From Acidimicrobiales bacterium (lineage in GTDB: Bacteria > Actinomycetota > Acidimicrobiia > Acidimicrobiales > RAAP-2): a stretch of 64,000 nt of DNA. The stretch lies in assembly GCA_035949355.1 (NCBI GenBank), contig DASZIH010000057.1:48-64047 (forward strand), given 5' to 3'. A model generated the notes under the pieces. The model ran no database searches. It was not told the DNA's origin and was given only the letters and a program-made list of their open reading frames with translations. The position numbers were made by a program, and so were the translations under genes. Below are positions 8,205 to 18,449 of this stretch, piece by piece; the stretch's first letter is position 1; every line of letters begins with the position of its first letter.

Positions 8205-9185
8205 GTGCGGATCATCGTTCGACGACTCTCCTTGTACGCACTCACCGCGTGGGTCGCCATTACGGTCAACTTCCTCTTGCCACGGCTCATGCCCGGCAAT
8301 CCCGTGCAGACGATGATCGGAAAACTGACGGGCCAGGTCACCCCCGCCGAGATGAACGCAATTCGTCTCTCCTTCGGGCTCAGTTTCAAGCAGGGTCTCG
8401 TCGGTCAATACTTCACGTACGTCACGCAACTCTTTCACGGCAACTTCGGCGTGTCGATCACGCTGGGCGCGCCCGTCGGTGCCATCCTTCGCGAATCGGT
8501 CCCCTGGACCGTTGGGCTGATCGGCGTCTCCACCATCGTCAGTTTCGCCGTCGGAACCTTCGCCGGGGCTCTCCTCGGCTGGACTCGGGGCTCGCGATTG
8601 GACGCACTCATACCAACTGCCACGTTCTTCCAGGCGATCCCCTACTTCTTCCTCGGCACGGTCATGCTGCTCGTCTTCGCGAGCAATCTTCACTGGTTCC
8701 CGGTTCTCGGCGCCTACAGCCAGAGCGTCACGCCGGGGTGGAACTGGGCGTTCGTCGGCAACGTGATTCGCTACGGCGAACTACCCGTCATCTCGATCGT
8801 GCTGAGCTCCGTCGCGGGTTGGATGCTCGGCATGCGCAACATGATGATCACGATGGTCGGCGAGGACTTCGTGCTCATGGCGGTGGCGAAAGGCCTGCCT
8901 CGGCGCAAGGTGATTCTGCACGCCGCCCGTAACGCAGTGCTTCCGAGCATCGCGAACCTCTCGCTCGCCATCGGTCTCGTCGTCTCCGGCGCGTTGTTGG
9001 TGGAACTCGTCTTCAACTACCCCGGCGTCGGTGACCTCCTCTTACAGGCAGTCCTCAACGAGGACTACCCGCTCATTCAGGGAATCTTCCTGGTGATCAC
9101 CCTCACGGTACTGTGCGCGAACCTCATCGCCGACGTCGTGTACCTCGCCCTCGATCCTCGAACGAGAACGGAAGCCGCGGTATGA
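8205..9185 (+). CDS. ABC transporter permease (OppB/DppB family)
   Basis: NFLLPRLMPGNP, AKGL, VELVFNYPGVG, DYPLIQG, LDPR. Confidence 0.93.
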   Translation: MRIIVRRLSLYALTAWVAITVNFLLPRLMPGNPVQTMIGKLTGQVTPAEMNAIRLSFGLSFKQGLVGQYFTYVTQLFHGNFGVSITLGAPVGAILRESVPWTVGLIGVSTIVSFAVGTFAGALLGWTRGSRLDALIPTATFFQAIPYFFLGTVMLLVFASNLHWFPVLGAYSQSVTPGWNWAFVGNVIRYGELPVISIVLSSVAGWMLGMRNMMITMVGEDFVLMAVAKGLPRRKVILHAARNAVLPSIANLSLAIGLVVSGALLVELVFNYPGVGDLLLQAVLNEDYPLIQGIFLVITLTVLCANLIADVVYLALDPRTRTEAAV

Positions 9186-10150
9186 AGGCCGTGCGTGTGC
9201 CCAAATCACCGAAAGTCCTCCTCGGCCTCGGCATCGTGGGCTTCTTCATCCTCATGACGGTCATTGGACCGTGGCTCGCGCCGTTCAATCCGAGCGCGAC
9301 GAACTTCGCGGCGAACTTGACGCCCTCAGCGCACCACTGGCTCGGGACGACGAGCCTCGGTCAGGACATCTTCTCGCAGCTCCTAGTCGGTGCTCGCGCG
9401 ACGATGGTCGTGGCGCTGGTCGCGGGTCTCGTGGCGACGATCCTTTCCGTGACCATCGGCGTCGCCGCTGGCTACCTCGGTGGCTTCTCGGACGACGGAC
9501 TCTCCTTGCTTTCGAACGTCTTTCTCGCCATTCCCGGTCTGCCGCTGCTCATCGTGATCGACAGCTATCTGCCCGTGACCAGTCGCTCGAACTCCTTCGT
9601 GATCGGTCTCATCATCAGCCTCACGGGTTGGGCGTGGGGAGCCCGGGTCCTACGGGCCCAGACGATGTCGCTGCGCAATCGCGACTTCGTCGAGGCAGCG
9701 CGCATCATCGGAGAGAAGCGCCGGCGCATCATGTTCAGCGAGATCGCGCCGAATCTCCTCCCGGTGCTCGCCTCGTCATTCCTCTTCACCGTGCTTTACT
9801 CCATTGGCGCGTACGTGACACTTGCGTACATCGGGCTGACGAGCACCGCCGTGTGGAACTGGGGCACGATGCTCTACTGGGCGCAAGCGAACAACGCACC
9901 ACTGTCGAACGAGTGGTACTGGTTCGTACCGCCGGGCATCTGCATTGCCCTCGTCGGCACTGGTCTCGCGCTCGTGAACTTCGGCATCGACGAATTCATC
10001 AATCCCCGCCTTCGTGCGGCGGGCCTCACTGCGCGCCAGCGCAGCAAGTTGGGCCTGCCCCGTCGCGTGCGCCTCGGCTTCACGCCCGTCATTCGTCCCG
10101 CGCGATCACCTCGTGTCAACGCGGCACCGGCAAAGTTGGTGGGCCCATGA
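9182..10150 (+). CDS. ABC transporter permease (OppC/DppC family)
   Basis: HWLGTTSLGQDIFSQL, DFVEAARIIG, WGTML, INPR. ATGA overlap at 9182. Confidence 0.93.
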   Translation: MKAVRVPKSPKVLLGLGIVGFFILMTVIGPWLAPFNPSATNFAANLTPSAHHWLGTTSLGQDIFSQLLVGARATMVVALVAGLVATILSVTIGVAAGYLGGFSDDGLSLLSNVFLAIPGLPLLIVIDSYLPVTSRSNSFVIGLIISLTGWAWGARVLRAQTMSLRNRDFVEAARIIGEKRRRIMFSEIAPNLLPVLASSFLFTVLYSIGAYVTLAYIGLTSTAVWNWGTMLYWAQANNAPLSNEWYWFVPPGICIALVGTGLALVNFGIDEFINPRLRAAGLTARQRSKLGLPRRVRLGFTPVIRPARSPRVNAAPAKLVGP

Positions 10151-11313
10151 GCGCCGACACGTTCGACATTCAAGCCGTCTCGGAACCTCTCGAGGGTCGT
10201 GACGCCGAGGTCGTCGTAAAGAACGAACGAAGCGAGTTCGTGCTGGAGGTCTCCAACTTCAGCGTCGACTACGGCGTCGGCGACGACATGGTGCGCGCCG
10301 TGAACGACGTGACCCTGCACCTGCGACGCTCGAAGGTGCTTGGCATCGCGGGTGAGAGTGGATCGGGCAAGTCCACGTTGGTCTACGCCATGACGCGCCT
10401 GTTACGCGCGCCGGGAGTGATCAGCGGCGGCGACGTGATACTCAACGTCGCGAACCCGGACGACGAGAAGGAAACCACTCCAATCAACCTCGTGACGGCG
10501 AGTGAAAAGGAACTTCGAAAGGTTCGTTGGTCGCACGTCTCAATCGTCCTTCAAAGCGCGCTCAGCGCGTTGAACCCGGTCCTTCGCGTTGGACGCGAGT
10601 TCGACGAGGTCCTGAAGACCCACCGACCGGACATGACAAAAGTGCAGCGTCGCGAACGCGCGAAAGAACTGCTCGCGATGGTCGGACTCAACGAAGACCG
10701 TCTCATTCGTTTTCCTCATGAACTCTCGGGTGGTCAACGACAGAGGATCATGATCGCGCTCGCGCTCGCGCTCGACCCCGATCTCGTCATCATGGATGAG
10801 CCCACCACCGCGCTCGACGTCGTCACCCAGCGCGAAATCATCAGCGAGTTGCATCACCTGCGCTCTCGTTTCGGCTTCGCGATGATCTTTATCACCCACG
10901 ACCTCTCGCTGCTCGTCGAGCTGGCCGACGAGATCGTCGTCATGTACGCCGGTGAGATCGTCGAACGCGCGGGCGCACGTGCGCTCTACGAGGCGCCGCG
11001 ACACCCTTACACCTTGGGACTGCTCAATTCATTCCCGCCGCTGCACGGACGGCGTCGCGAACTGACGGGCATCCCCGGCTCTCCTCCAGACCTCTCGGAC
11101 TTGCCGAAGGGCTGCAACTTCTACCCTCGCTGCCCCTACGCGATGTCGCGCTGCGAACACGAGGCGCCTGCCCTGACGACGATTGGAACCTCCGATAGAA
11201 GCGTGGCGTGCTGGCTGCACGCACCGGACCCTTCCGTCCCCGTGCCGGTCGAGCTCTCGCGAACGGCGAATCCCGCTCGACACGCCACTTCTACCCAGCG
11301 AGAACGGTCATGA
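10147..11313 (+). CDS. ABC transporter ATP-binding protein (OppD family)
   Basis: GESGSGKS, FPHELSGGQRQR, MDEPT, HPYT, GCNFYPRC. ATGA overlap at 10147. Confidence 0.93.
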   Translation: MSADTFDIQAVSEPLEGRDAEVVVKNERSEFVLEVSNFSVDYGVGDDMVRAVNDVTLHLRRSKVLGIAGESGSGKSTLVYAMTRLLRAPGVISGGDVILNVANPDDEKETTPINLVTASEKELRKVRWSHVSIVLQSALSALNPVLRVGREFDEVLKTHRPDMTKVQRRERAKELLAMVGLNEDRLIRFPHELSGGQRQRIMIALALALDPDLVIMDEPTTALDVVTQREIISELHHLRSRFGFAMIFITHDLSLLVELADEIVVMYAGEIVERAGARALYEAPRHPYTLGLLNSFPPLHGRRRELTGIPGSPPDLSDLPKGCNFYPRCPYAMSRCEHEAPALTTIGTSDRSVACWLHAPDPSVPVPVELSRTANPARHATSTQRERS

Positions 11314-12359
11314 CCGACGCGACCCTCTCGCCGGCCGTGCTGAGCGCCCGTCACCTGACGCGCCACTTCTCGACGCGGGTCCCCGGACGATTCTTCAACG
11401 CCAAGCGCGTCGTTCGAGCCGTCGACGACGTCAGCCTCGACCTCTTCGAGGGTCGCGTGACCGCGGTCGTCGGTGAGAGCGGATCGGGTAAGTCGGTCCT
11501 CGCGAGAATGCTGGCCCGCATCGTCACGCCCACGTCGGGTGAGCTGGTCCTCGAGGGAACCCCCATTCCGGTTCGCTCGAAGCGAACGCTCGACTACGCC
11601 GCGACCGTGCAACTGGTCCTCCAAGACCCGTACGCCTCGGTGAACCCCGTGCACCGGATTCGCCACGCCTTGGAGCGCCCCCTTCTCATCCACGGCGCGA
11701 ACAAGGGCGACGTCGACCAACTCGCGAAGGCCGCCCTCGCTCGCGTCTCACTCGAGCCACCCGAACGCTTCATGGACCGGTACGCTCACGAACTCTCCGG
11801 AGGTCAGCTCCAACGGGTGTCGATCGCGCGCGCCCTGTGCGTGAGGCCCGACGTCCTCCTCGCCGACGAGCCCATCTCCATGCTTGACGTCTCGGTGCGC
11901 CTCGGCATCTTGAACCTCCTTCGCGGCCTGTGCGATGACGAGCGCCTCGCCATCTTGTACATCACGCACGACATCGCGTCGGCCCGCTATATCGCTGACG
12001 AGACCATCGTGATGTACGCGGGGCAGATCGTCGAGCGGTCCCACGGCACCGCCTTGGTGGACGAGCCCACGCACCCCTACACCCAGCTCCTCATCTCGTC
12101 GGTGCCCGACCCGTCGGACCCGACGAGCCAGGATCCGACGGGGTCCGAACACGCGACCTTCGAGGTCGCCGACGTCGGCTGTCGTTTCGCACCCCGCTGC
12201 CCCTTCGCGATGGAGGTCTGTCGCGTCGAGGATCCACCAGATTTCATTGTCGGTGATGGCCACTCCTCGCACTGCTGGTTGCACGCGAACGAGCCCCGAG
12301 CCGCGGTCGACGTGGCGCTGCCACAGCGCCGACGAGAGGGGGAACCTACGACGACATGA
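11310..12359 (+). CDS. ABC transporter ATP-binding protein (OppF family)
   Basis: GESGSGKS, LSGGQLQR, ADEP, HPYT, GCRFAPRC. ATGA overlap at 11310. Confidence 0.93.
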   Translation: MTDATLSPAVLSARHLTRHFSTRVPGRFFNAKRVVRAVDDVSLDLFEGRVTAVVGESGSGKSVLARMLARIVTPTSGELVLEGTPIPVRSKRTLDYAATVQLVLQDPYASVNPVHRIRHALERPLLIHGANKGDVDQLAKAALARVSLEPPERFMDRYAHELSGGQLQRVSIARALCVRPDVLLADEPISMLDVSVRLGILNLLRGLCDDERLAILYITHDIASARYIADETIVMYAGQIVERSHGTALVDEPTHPYTQLLISSVPDPSDPTSQDPTGSEHATFEVADVGCRFAPRCPFAMEVCRVEDPPDFIVGDGHSSHCWLHANEPRAAVDVALPQRRREGEPTTT

Positions 12360-12521
12360 TGACGACCACCTAGTTGGGCTCACGACCGATGACATCGTCG
12401 GTCGCGAGCTCACACGAGAGCGCGAAGGTCCAACCGGCCTCGCGTCGTGCAATACGGACCCACACGGTTCATAAAGACGTCGGCGAAAGCCGGCTGGACA
12501 CTATCAATATAAAGGATACGT

Positions 12522-14189
12522 ATGTTTAGGAAAACAGGAGTAGTTTTAACCGCCCTGTCGTGCATGACGCTCGGCATCGTGGCCGTGACCGTTGGTGCGG
12601 CGTCGGGGGCGACCAGTTCGGTGGTGACCCTCGAGGGAAACACCGGAGTGACCTTCACGGATAACTTCAATCCCTTTGACTCGAGTTCGTTCGCGGAGCA
12701 GTTGAGCGTTCGCTCTCTCGTGAACGAGCCGCTCTTCGAGTTCGACACGTTGAAGGCCAACACGCAGTACCCGTGGCTCGCGACCAGCTACGCGTGGTCC
12801 AACGGGGGCAAGACGTTGACGTTCCAGCTCCGAAAGGGAGTCAACTGGAGTGACGGCAAGCCCTTCACCTCGGCCGACGTGGCCTTCACGTTCGACCTGT
12901 TGAACCGCGTACCCGCCGCCAACGTGTACGGGGTGCCGAAGATGTCGAGTAACGCAACGACCAAGGGCAAGTACACGGTGATCCTGCACTACGCGACACC
13001 GCAGTACTTGAACATCACGAGCATCGCGGGCACCGCACTCATCGTGCCCCAGCACGTCTGGGCCAAGATCGCCAATCCGGCGACGGCCGTCGTCACCAAG
13101 ACGGTGGGCACCGGCCCCTACACGTTGAGCAGCTACTCGTCGACGCTGGTGAAGTACAAGGTCAACCCGCACTACTGGGGTGGCAAGCCCGCACCGAGCG
13201 GCATCAACGTCCCGGCGTACTCGTCGAACACGTCAGCAGCCACGGCCCTCGCCGACGGTCAGCTGACCTGGGCCGGCAACGACATCGCGAACGTCAACAA
13301 GATCTTCGTGGACAAGAACCCCAAGACGAACCACATCTACTTCGCGCCGGGTAGCACCGTCACGCTGGAGTTCAACGTCACGGGAACCGGACCGCTCAGC
13401 GACCCGGCCGTTCGCCAAGCCATCAGTGCTGGGATCGACCGCACGGCGCTGTCCGTGAAGGGTGAGACGGGCTACGAGAAGCCCGCGACGTCCTCGGGCG
13501 CGCTCATCTTGCCAAACCAGGCGTCGTACCTCGCGTCGTCACTGACCAACGACCTCTCAGCGACGTCGGACCCGAGCAAGGTCGCTTCGATCTTGACCGC
13601 GGCCGGCTACGCAAAGGACTCGAAGGGTTTCTACGCGAAGAATGGCACCGAGATTCAGTTCTCGATCGAAGACCCGACCGCGTACTCGGACTACTACGCC
13701 GACTGCCAGTTGATCTCGAACGAGTTGCAGGCCGAAGGCATCAACGCCACGGTCGACGGCGTCCAGGCGTCACAGTGGTACACCGACTCCGCGAACGGCA
13801 GCTTCCAGTCGATCATCCACTGGGGTAACGGTGGCGCGAGCCCGTTCGTGCAGTACGACAACTGGCTCGACTACACACTGTCGGCTCCCATTGGCACCTC
13901 GGCGAACAGCGACTACGGGCGCTACAACAACCCGAGCGCCCAAGCGGCACTCACGACGTTGGAGAACACCAACCCCGCCAACACGAGCGCGCTGAAAGCG
14001 GCCGTGACGTCGCTGGAGAACCTCGTCTCGACGCAAGTACCAGTAGCACCGTTGCTCTACGGCGCGGACTGGGACGAGTACTCGACTGCGAACTTCACCG
14101 GCTTCGTAACGGCGGCGAACCCCTACGCCGACCCGTCACCCGGTGACCCCCAGTTGCCGCTGATCCTGATGCACCTGAAGAAGGCGTAA
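12522..14189 (+). CDS. ABC transporter substrate-binding protein (family 5), probably oligosaccharide-binding
   Basis: PWLATSY, LRKGVNWSDGKPFTSADVAFT, GTGPY, VRQAISAGIDR; lies in an operon with a GH1 gene. Confidence 0.9.
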   Translation: MFRKTGVVLTALSCMTLGIVAVTVGAASGATSSVVTLEGNTGVTFTDNFNPFDSSSFAEQLSVRSLVNEPLFEFDTLKANTQYPWLATSYAWSNGGKTLTFQLRKGVNWSDGKPFTSADVAFTFDLLNRVPAANVYGVPKMSSNATTKGKYTVILHYATPQYLNITSIAGTALIVPQHVWAKIANPATAVVTKTVGTGPYTLSSYSSTLVKYKVNPHYWGGKPAPSGINVPAYSSNTSAATALADGQLTWAGNDIANVNKIFVDKNPKTNHIYFAPGSTVTLEFNVTGTGPLSDPAVRQAISAGIDRTALSVKGETGYEKPATSSGALILPNQASYLASSLTNDLSATSDPSKVASILTAAGYAKDSKGFYAKNGTEIQFSIEDPTAYSDYYADCQLISNELQAEGINATVDGVQASQWYTDSANGSFQSIIHWGNGGASPFVQYDNWLDYTLSAPIGTSANSDYGRYNNPSAQAALTTLENTNPANTSALKAAVTSLENLVSTQVPVAPLLYGADWDEYSTANFTGFVTAANPYADPSPGDPQLPLILMHLKKA

Positions 14190-14198
14190 CCGACTTCG

Positions 14199-14246
14199 TC
14201 TACGCGCGGCCTCGCCAAACTCCAACCCGGTGGGGCCGCGCGTAGA
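14199..14246 (+). terminator. GC-rich stem-loop after the binding-protein gene (terminator or mRNA stabiliser)
   Basis: TCTACGCGCGGCCTCGCC...GGTGGGGCCGCGCGTAGA forms an 18-bp stem with two G-U pairs; no U tract. Confidence 0.6.
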
Positions 14247-14292
14247 GGTATCAGCATAAGTTCACGACAATCTATGAGGAGACGCACCAACC

Positions 14293-15741
14293 ATGAGCAC
14301 TTCGAGCTCGAGTAGTACCGAACACACTCGCCCCTTCCCACCAGGGTTTCTCTGGGGAACCGCCACCGCCTCGTATCAGATTGAGGGCGCCGCGTCCGTT
14401 GACGGACGAGGTCCTTCTATCTGGGACACCTTTAGTCGGCGACCCGGCGCGGTCTGGAATGGCGACACCGGTGACGTCGCGTGCGATCACTACCACCGCA
14501 TGAGTGAAGACCTCGATCTCTTGGGTGACCTCGGAGTCGGCGCGTACCGCTTCTCGGTCGCGTGGCCCCGCGTTCAACCCACCGGTCAGGGCTCAGCGAA
14601 TCAGCGAGGACTCGACTTCTATCGTCGCCTCGTCGAAGGACTCCTCGAGCGCAACATCGAGCCGACGGTCACCCTCTACCACTGGGACCTTCCCCAGCCC
14701 CTTGAGGACGCTGGTGGATGGTGCGTGCGCGACACCGCCGAACGTTTCGCGGAGTACGTCGATATCGTCGCGCGTGCCCTTGGCGATGACGTCGAACGAT
14801 GGATCACGCTCAACGAACCGTGGTGCTCGTCGTGGCTCGGCTACGGCGCCGGCCGCCACGCGCCCGGACTTCACGACATTGGCAAGGCGGCGGCGGCGAA
14901 CCATCATCTCCTCCTCGCTCACGGCATGGCGGTACCGATACTCCGGTCGGCGGTCCCTCCGGCAAAAGTCGGGATCACGCTCAATCTCGGTGATCATCGT
15001 CCGGGCTCCCAGCACGAGTTGGACGTCGCGGCGGCGCAGCGCGCCGACGGCAACCTCAATCGACTCTTCTTAGAGCCGCTCTTTCGAGGAAGCTATCCCG
15101 AGGACATGCTGGCGCACTACGCGACGTCGGAACCGGGGTTCTCCGTCGTCCGTGACGGTGACCTGGAGATCATCTCGCAGCCACTGGACTTCCTGGGCGT
15201 GAACTACTACTTCCCGTCCACCGTCGTCGACGAGTCGCGAGCCACCGAAGCTCGACTCGCGGGGTACTTCGTCGCAACGGACGAGCAGTTCCCCGATCTT
15301 CGCGTGCGCTCACTCGAGACGCCGGGTCGCGACAAGACCGCGATGGATTGGGAGATCGAGGCGTCGGGCCTCACCGCCCTCCTCGTACGCATCCGAGACG
15401 AGTACACCACCCTGCCCATCTACGTCACCGAAAATGGCGCAGCGTTCGACGACTACGTCGACCCCAACGGTCGAGTGCTCGATCACAACCGGGTGGCGTA
15501 CCTCCAAGAACACATCTCGGCGGTGCACGACGCGATCGACGCGGGTGTCAACGTCCAGGGTTACTTCGTCTGGAGCCTGCTCGACAACTTCGAATGGGCT
15601 TTTGGCTACTCGCGACGCTTCGGCATCATCTGGGTCGACTTCCCCACTGGCGAGCGCCTCACCAAGGAGAGCTTCAGCTGGTATCGCGACACGATCCGCT
15701 CCAACTCGGTGGAGTACGCGACGTCGGTCGGGAGTGGGTAG
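14293..15741 (+). CDS. Beta-glucosidase, glycoside hydrolase family 1
   Basis: FLWGTATASYQIEG, TLNEP (acid/base), VTENG (nucleophile), DNFEWAFGY. Confidence 0.95.
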   Translation: MSTSSSSSTEHTRPFPPGFLWGTATASYQIEGAASVDGRGPSIWDTFSRRPGAVWNGDTGDVACDHYHRMSEDLDLLGDLGVGAYRFSVAWPRVQPTGQGSANQRGLDFYRRLVEGLLERNIEPTVTLYHWDLPQPLEDAGGWCVRDTAERFAEYVDIVARALGDDVERWITLNEPWCSSWLGYGAGRHAPGLHDIGKAAAANHHLLLAHGMAVPILRSAVPPAKVGITLNLGDHRPGSQHELDVAAAQRADGNLNRLFLEPLFRGSYPEDMLAHYATSEPGFSVVRDGDLEIISQPLDFLGVNYYFPSTVVDESRATEARLAGYFVATDEQFPDLRVRSLETPGRDKTAMDWEIEASGLTALLVRIRDEYTTLPIYVTENGAAFDDYVDPNGRVLDHNRVAYLQEHISAVHDAIDAGVNVQGYFVWSLLDNFEWAFGYSRRFGIIWVDFPTGERLTKESFSWYRDTIRSNSVEYATSVGSG

Positions 15742-15829
15742 AAACGTGGCGCCCAACCAACGTACGCCCGAAAGCGAACGCCTCGACGGACGACGGAGAC
15801 GTTCCTGACCGGTTCAACGATGTGCGGAG

Positions 15830-17305
15830 CTATTGGATCAGTGCCGTCTGGGCACCTTCGGCTGCGTTCGCTGCGGTCGGCACCCGGATGAAGATGAGCG
15901 ATATCAAGAGTCCAATGAAGGAGATGCCCGCGGCCACGAAGAACGCGGTCGTGTAGCCGTGCGTCGTGGCCACGTGCTTCGCCAGTGTTGTCGTCTGGTG
16001 CAGCGAGGCGTACGAGGACTTGGTGGCGTCGATCGCCACGGTCGCCAGGACGGCGAGGCCTAACGCGCCGCCGATCTGCTGCATGGTGTTGAGGAGCGCC
16101 GACGCGAGGCCCGCCTCATTTGGCTCGACGCCCGAGACGGCCACGAGGGTCAACGGGACGAACGAGAATCCCATTCCCAGCGCGATGACGATGAGTGGTC
16201 CGAGGATCTCGGGATAACTGCTCGTGACCGTGATACGCGTGATCCACAGCATGCCGATGGTCGCGGCCGCCGGTCCCACGATGAGGGGAATCCGTATTCC
16301 GATCTTGCTGACGTAGCGCGACGCGAGTCCCGCGGAGACGATGATGCCCGCGGTCATGGGCAAGAACCCGACGCCCGTCCTTATCGGACTCCATCCCAGA
16401 ATGTTCTGGAGGTACTGCGTCAAGAAGTAGAACATCGAGAAGAGGGCGATACCAACGCAGAGCATCATGGCGAAGCTGCCGGAGCGATTGCGGTTCTTGA
16501 AGATGCTGAGCGGCATCAACGGTTCCTTGCTTCGTTGTTCGATGGCCGCAAAGGCCACCAACAGCACCACCGACGCGACTAATGAGACGATCGTCGCGGT
16601 ACTACCCCAACTATGACTCGACGCGTTCGAGAGTCCGTAGACGAGCGAGAGCATCCCGGCCGTCCCCGTGATCGCCCCGGGGACGTCGAGATGTCCGGAC
16701 GTCGTCTGTGATTCGTTGAGCGCGCGTGGCGTGAGGAACAAGACCAACGCCGCGATCGGTACGTTGACGAAGAAGATCCAACGCCACGAGACGTAACTCG
16801 TGAGGATCCCGCCGAGGAGGAGACCAATCGCTCCCCCGCCGCCGGACATCGCCGCGTAGACGCCCATCGCGCGATTACGTTCACGACCTTCGGCAAAGTT
16901 CGTCGCGATGAGCGAGAGCGCCGTCGGCGCGGCGATCGCGCCGCCGATCCCTTGGAGGCCACGGGTGAAGATGAGCCACACGTCGTTCATCGCGAGTCCC
17001 CCGAGGAGCGAGGAGACGGCGAAGATCGCGATGCCGATCATGAACATCCGTCGCTTGCCGTAGAGGTCGCCGGTGCGGCCCCCGAAGAGCAACAGTCCCC
17101 CGAAGGTGAGTGAATACGCGGTGATGAGCCATTCGAGGTTGGTCAGAGAAAAGTGCAGTGCGTGATGGATGGTGGGGATCGCCACGTTGACGACCGTCGC
17201 GTCGAGCACGATCATCAGCTGCGCGCCCGAAATGACGGCTAAGGCGAGCCCGAGGTTCTTACCCTCGGTGTTGCTGTGGGAGAGATCGGAACCAGCCGTC
17301 GTCAT
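15830..17305 (-). CDS. MFS transporter, DHA2 (EmrB/QacA) family
   Basis: LDATVVNVA, GDLYGKRR, WRWIFFVNVP; about 14 TM segments. Confidence 0.92.
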   Translation of the reverse strand: MTTAGSDLSHSNTEGKNLGLALAVISGAQLMIVLDATVVNVAIPTIHHALHFSLTNLEWLITAYSLTFGGLLLFGGRTGDLYGKRRMFMIGIAIFAVSSLLGGLAMNDVWLIFTRGLQGIGGAIAAPTALSLIATNFAEGRERNRAMGVYAAMSGGGGAIGLLLGGILTSYVSWRWIFFVNVPIAALVLFLTPRALNESQTTSGHLDVPGAITGTAGMLSLVYGLSNASSHSWGSTATIVSLVASVVLLVAFAAIEQRSKEPLMPLSIFKNRNRSGSFAMMLCVGIALFSMFYFLTQYLQNILGWSPIRTGVGFLPMTAGIIVSAGLASRYVSKIGIRIPLIVGPAAATIGMLWITRITVTSSYPEILGPLIVIALGMGFSFVPLTLVAVSGVEPNEAGLASALLNTMQQIGGALGLAVLATVAIDATKSSYASLHQTTTLAKHVATTHGYTTAFFVAAGISFIGLLISLIFIRVPTAANAAEGAQTALIQ

Positions 17306-17644
17306 AGAGGTCTTCGCTTTCTAGTCTTCGAACCGCGGTGGTGATGAGTCGAGAAGCAACGAGCAACGGCGTGAGGAAACGAGCGGCAGAGTCACCGCTC
17401 GTCTCATCGAATCGATGCCGCCTGTTCAGGCACGTTTCCGTGAACGACGAGGCGAAGAAGCACGAACGCCAGAAATTACGACACAATCGTATCGAGATTC
17501 TGTAAGGGCACTATCGAACGCAATTACAAAGTTCTTCTACAGCGGCCGTTCAACCCGACGGCGAATCTCGCTCAAATTTCACCAGCGCAGCGTGAACGAA
17601 GCGTGACGACCAGCTAGGTGGCGCCGCCTCCCTTCAAATGGCGC

Positions 17645-18373
17645 CTACGACGCGGGAAAGACTTGGGCGTAGGGGATCGTCGAAGAGGGAACCTTCACGT
17701 TGACCCTCTCGCCCCACTTGGTGAACGTCGTCTCACTCTTACCAGACGACGTCGACACGGAGTCCTTCAGAGGAAGCGTTGTCTTGCCCGAAGAGAAGGT
17801 CATCACGGTCGTCGTCTTGGGTTGGGTGCTCGTCGCCTTCACCGACCACGTCAGTTGGTAGCCGTTGGTCTTCTTGTCGCGCTTGCTGAGCAGCGTCGTG
17901 CCCTTCGCCGCGGGAAGCAGCGACGCGAACGTCGTCCCCGAGGTCAGATTCGACTTGAACGTCGTGTAGTACGACGTTCCCTTCTTCATCGCCATCGACT
18001 GCTTGCCGATCTTCTTCTGTTCCGCGGCGGTGAGGCCCATCAACGTCGTCAAGCCCTTCTGACTTCCGCTCAAGTACGCGTACGTCGGCGTCACCGTGAT
18101 GGTGAAGGACTCGTTGCCCGAGACGTAGGTCTCGGTGCCGTACGACTTACCAATGTCGGCGATGACGGAACTGTCGACCTTGCCCGAGACGGTCGCCACG
18201 GTGACGTGCACGCCTTTCTCCTTCACGATCGCGACCTTGGCCGCCTTCAGAATTGAGGCCACCGAGGGAGCGGAACTGGATGCGTGTGCCACCAAAGGGG
18301 TGCCCACCACCAGTGCCGTCGAAAGAAGCGCGAGTGAGGTCAAGTGAAGCGGGGCACGTCGAAAGATATCCAT
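17645..18373 (-). CDS. Secreted Lys/Thr/Ser-rich hypothetical protein (possible LolA/LppX-like fold)
   Basis: Signal peptide ending AHA; beta-rich pattern; C-terminal TFTKWGERVNVKVP resembles LppX/LprA-like C-termini. Confidence 0.7.
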   Translation of the reverse strand: MDIFRRAPLHLTSLALLSTALVVGTPLVAHASSSAPSVASILKAAKVAIVKEKGVHVTVATVSGKVDSSVIADIGKSYGTETYVSGNESFTITVTPTYAYLSGSQKGLTTLMGLTAAEQKKIGKQSMAMKKGTSYYTTFKSNLTSGTTFASLLPAAKGTTLLSKRDKKTNGYQLTWSVKATSTQPKTTTVMTFSSGKTTLPLKDSVSTSSGKSETTFTKWGERVNVKVPSSTIPYAQVFPAS

Positions 18374-18449
18374 GGCGTAAATCTTAGGGGGGATGGCCCT
18401 TCTTCCCTATTCAGTCGAGGTCTTTCGCGAACGTCTTCTTACTCTCACC

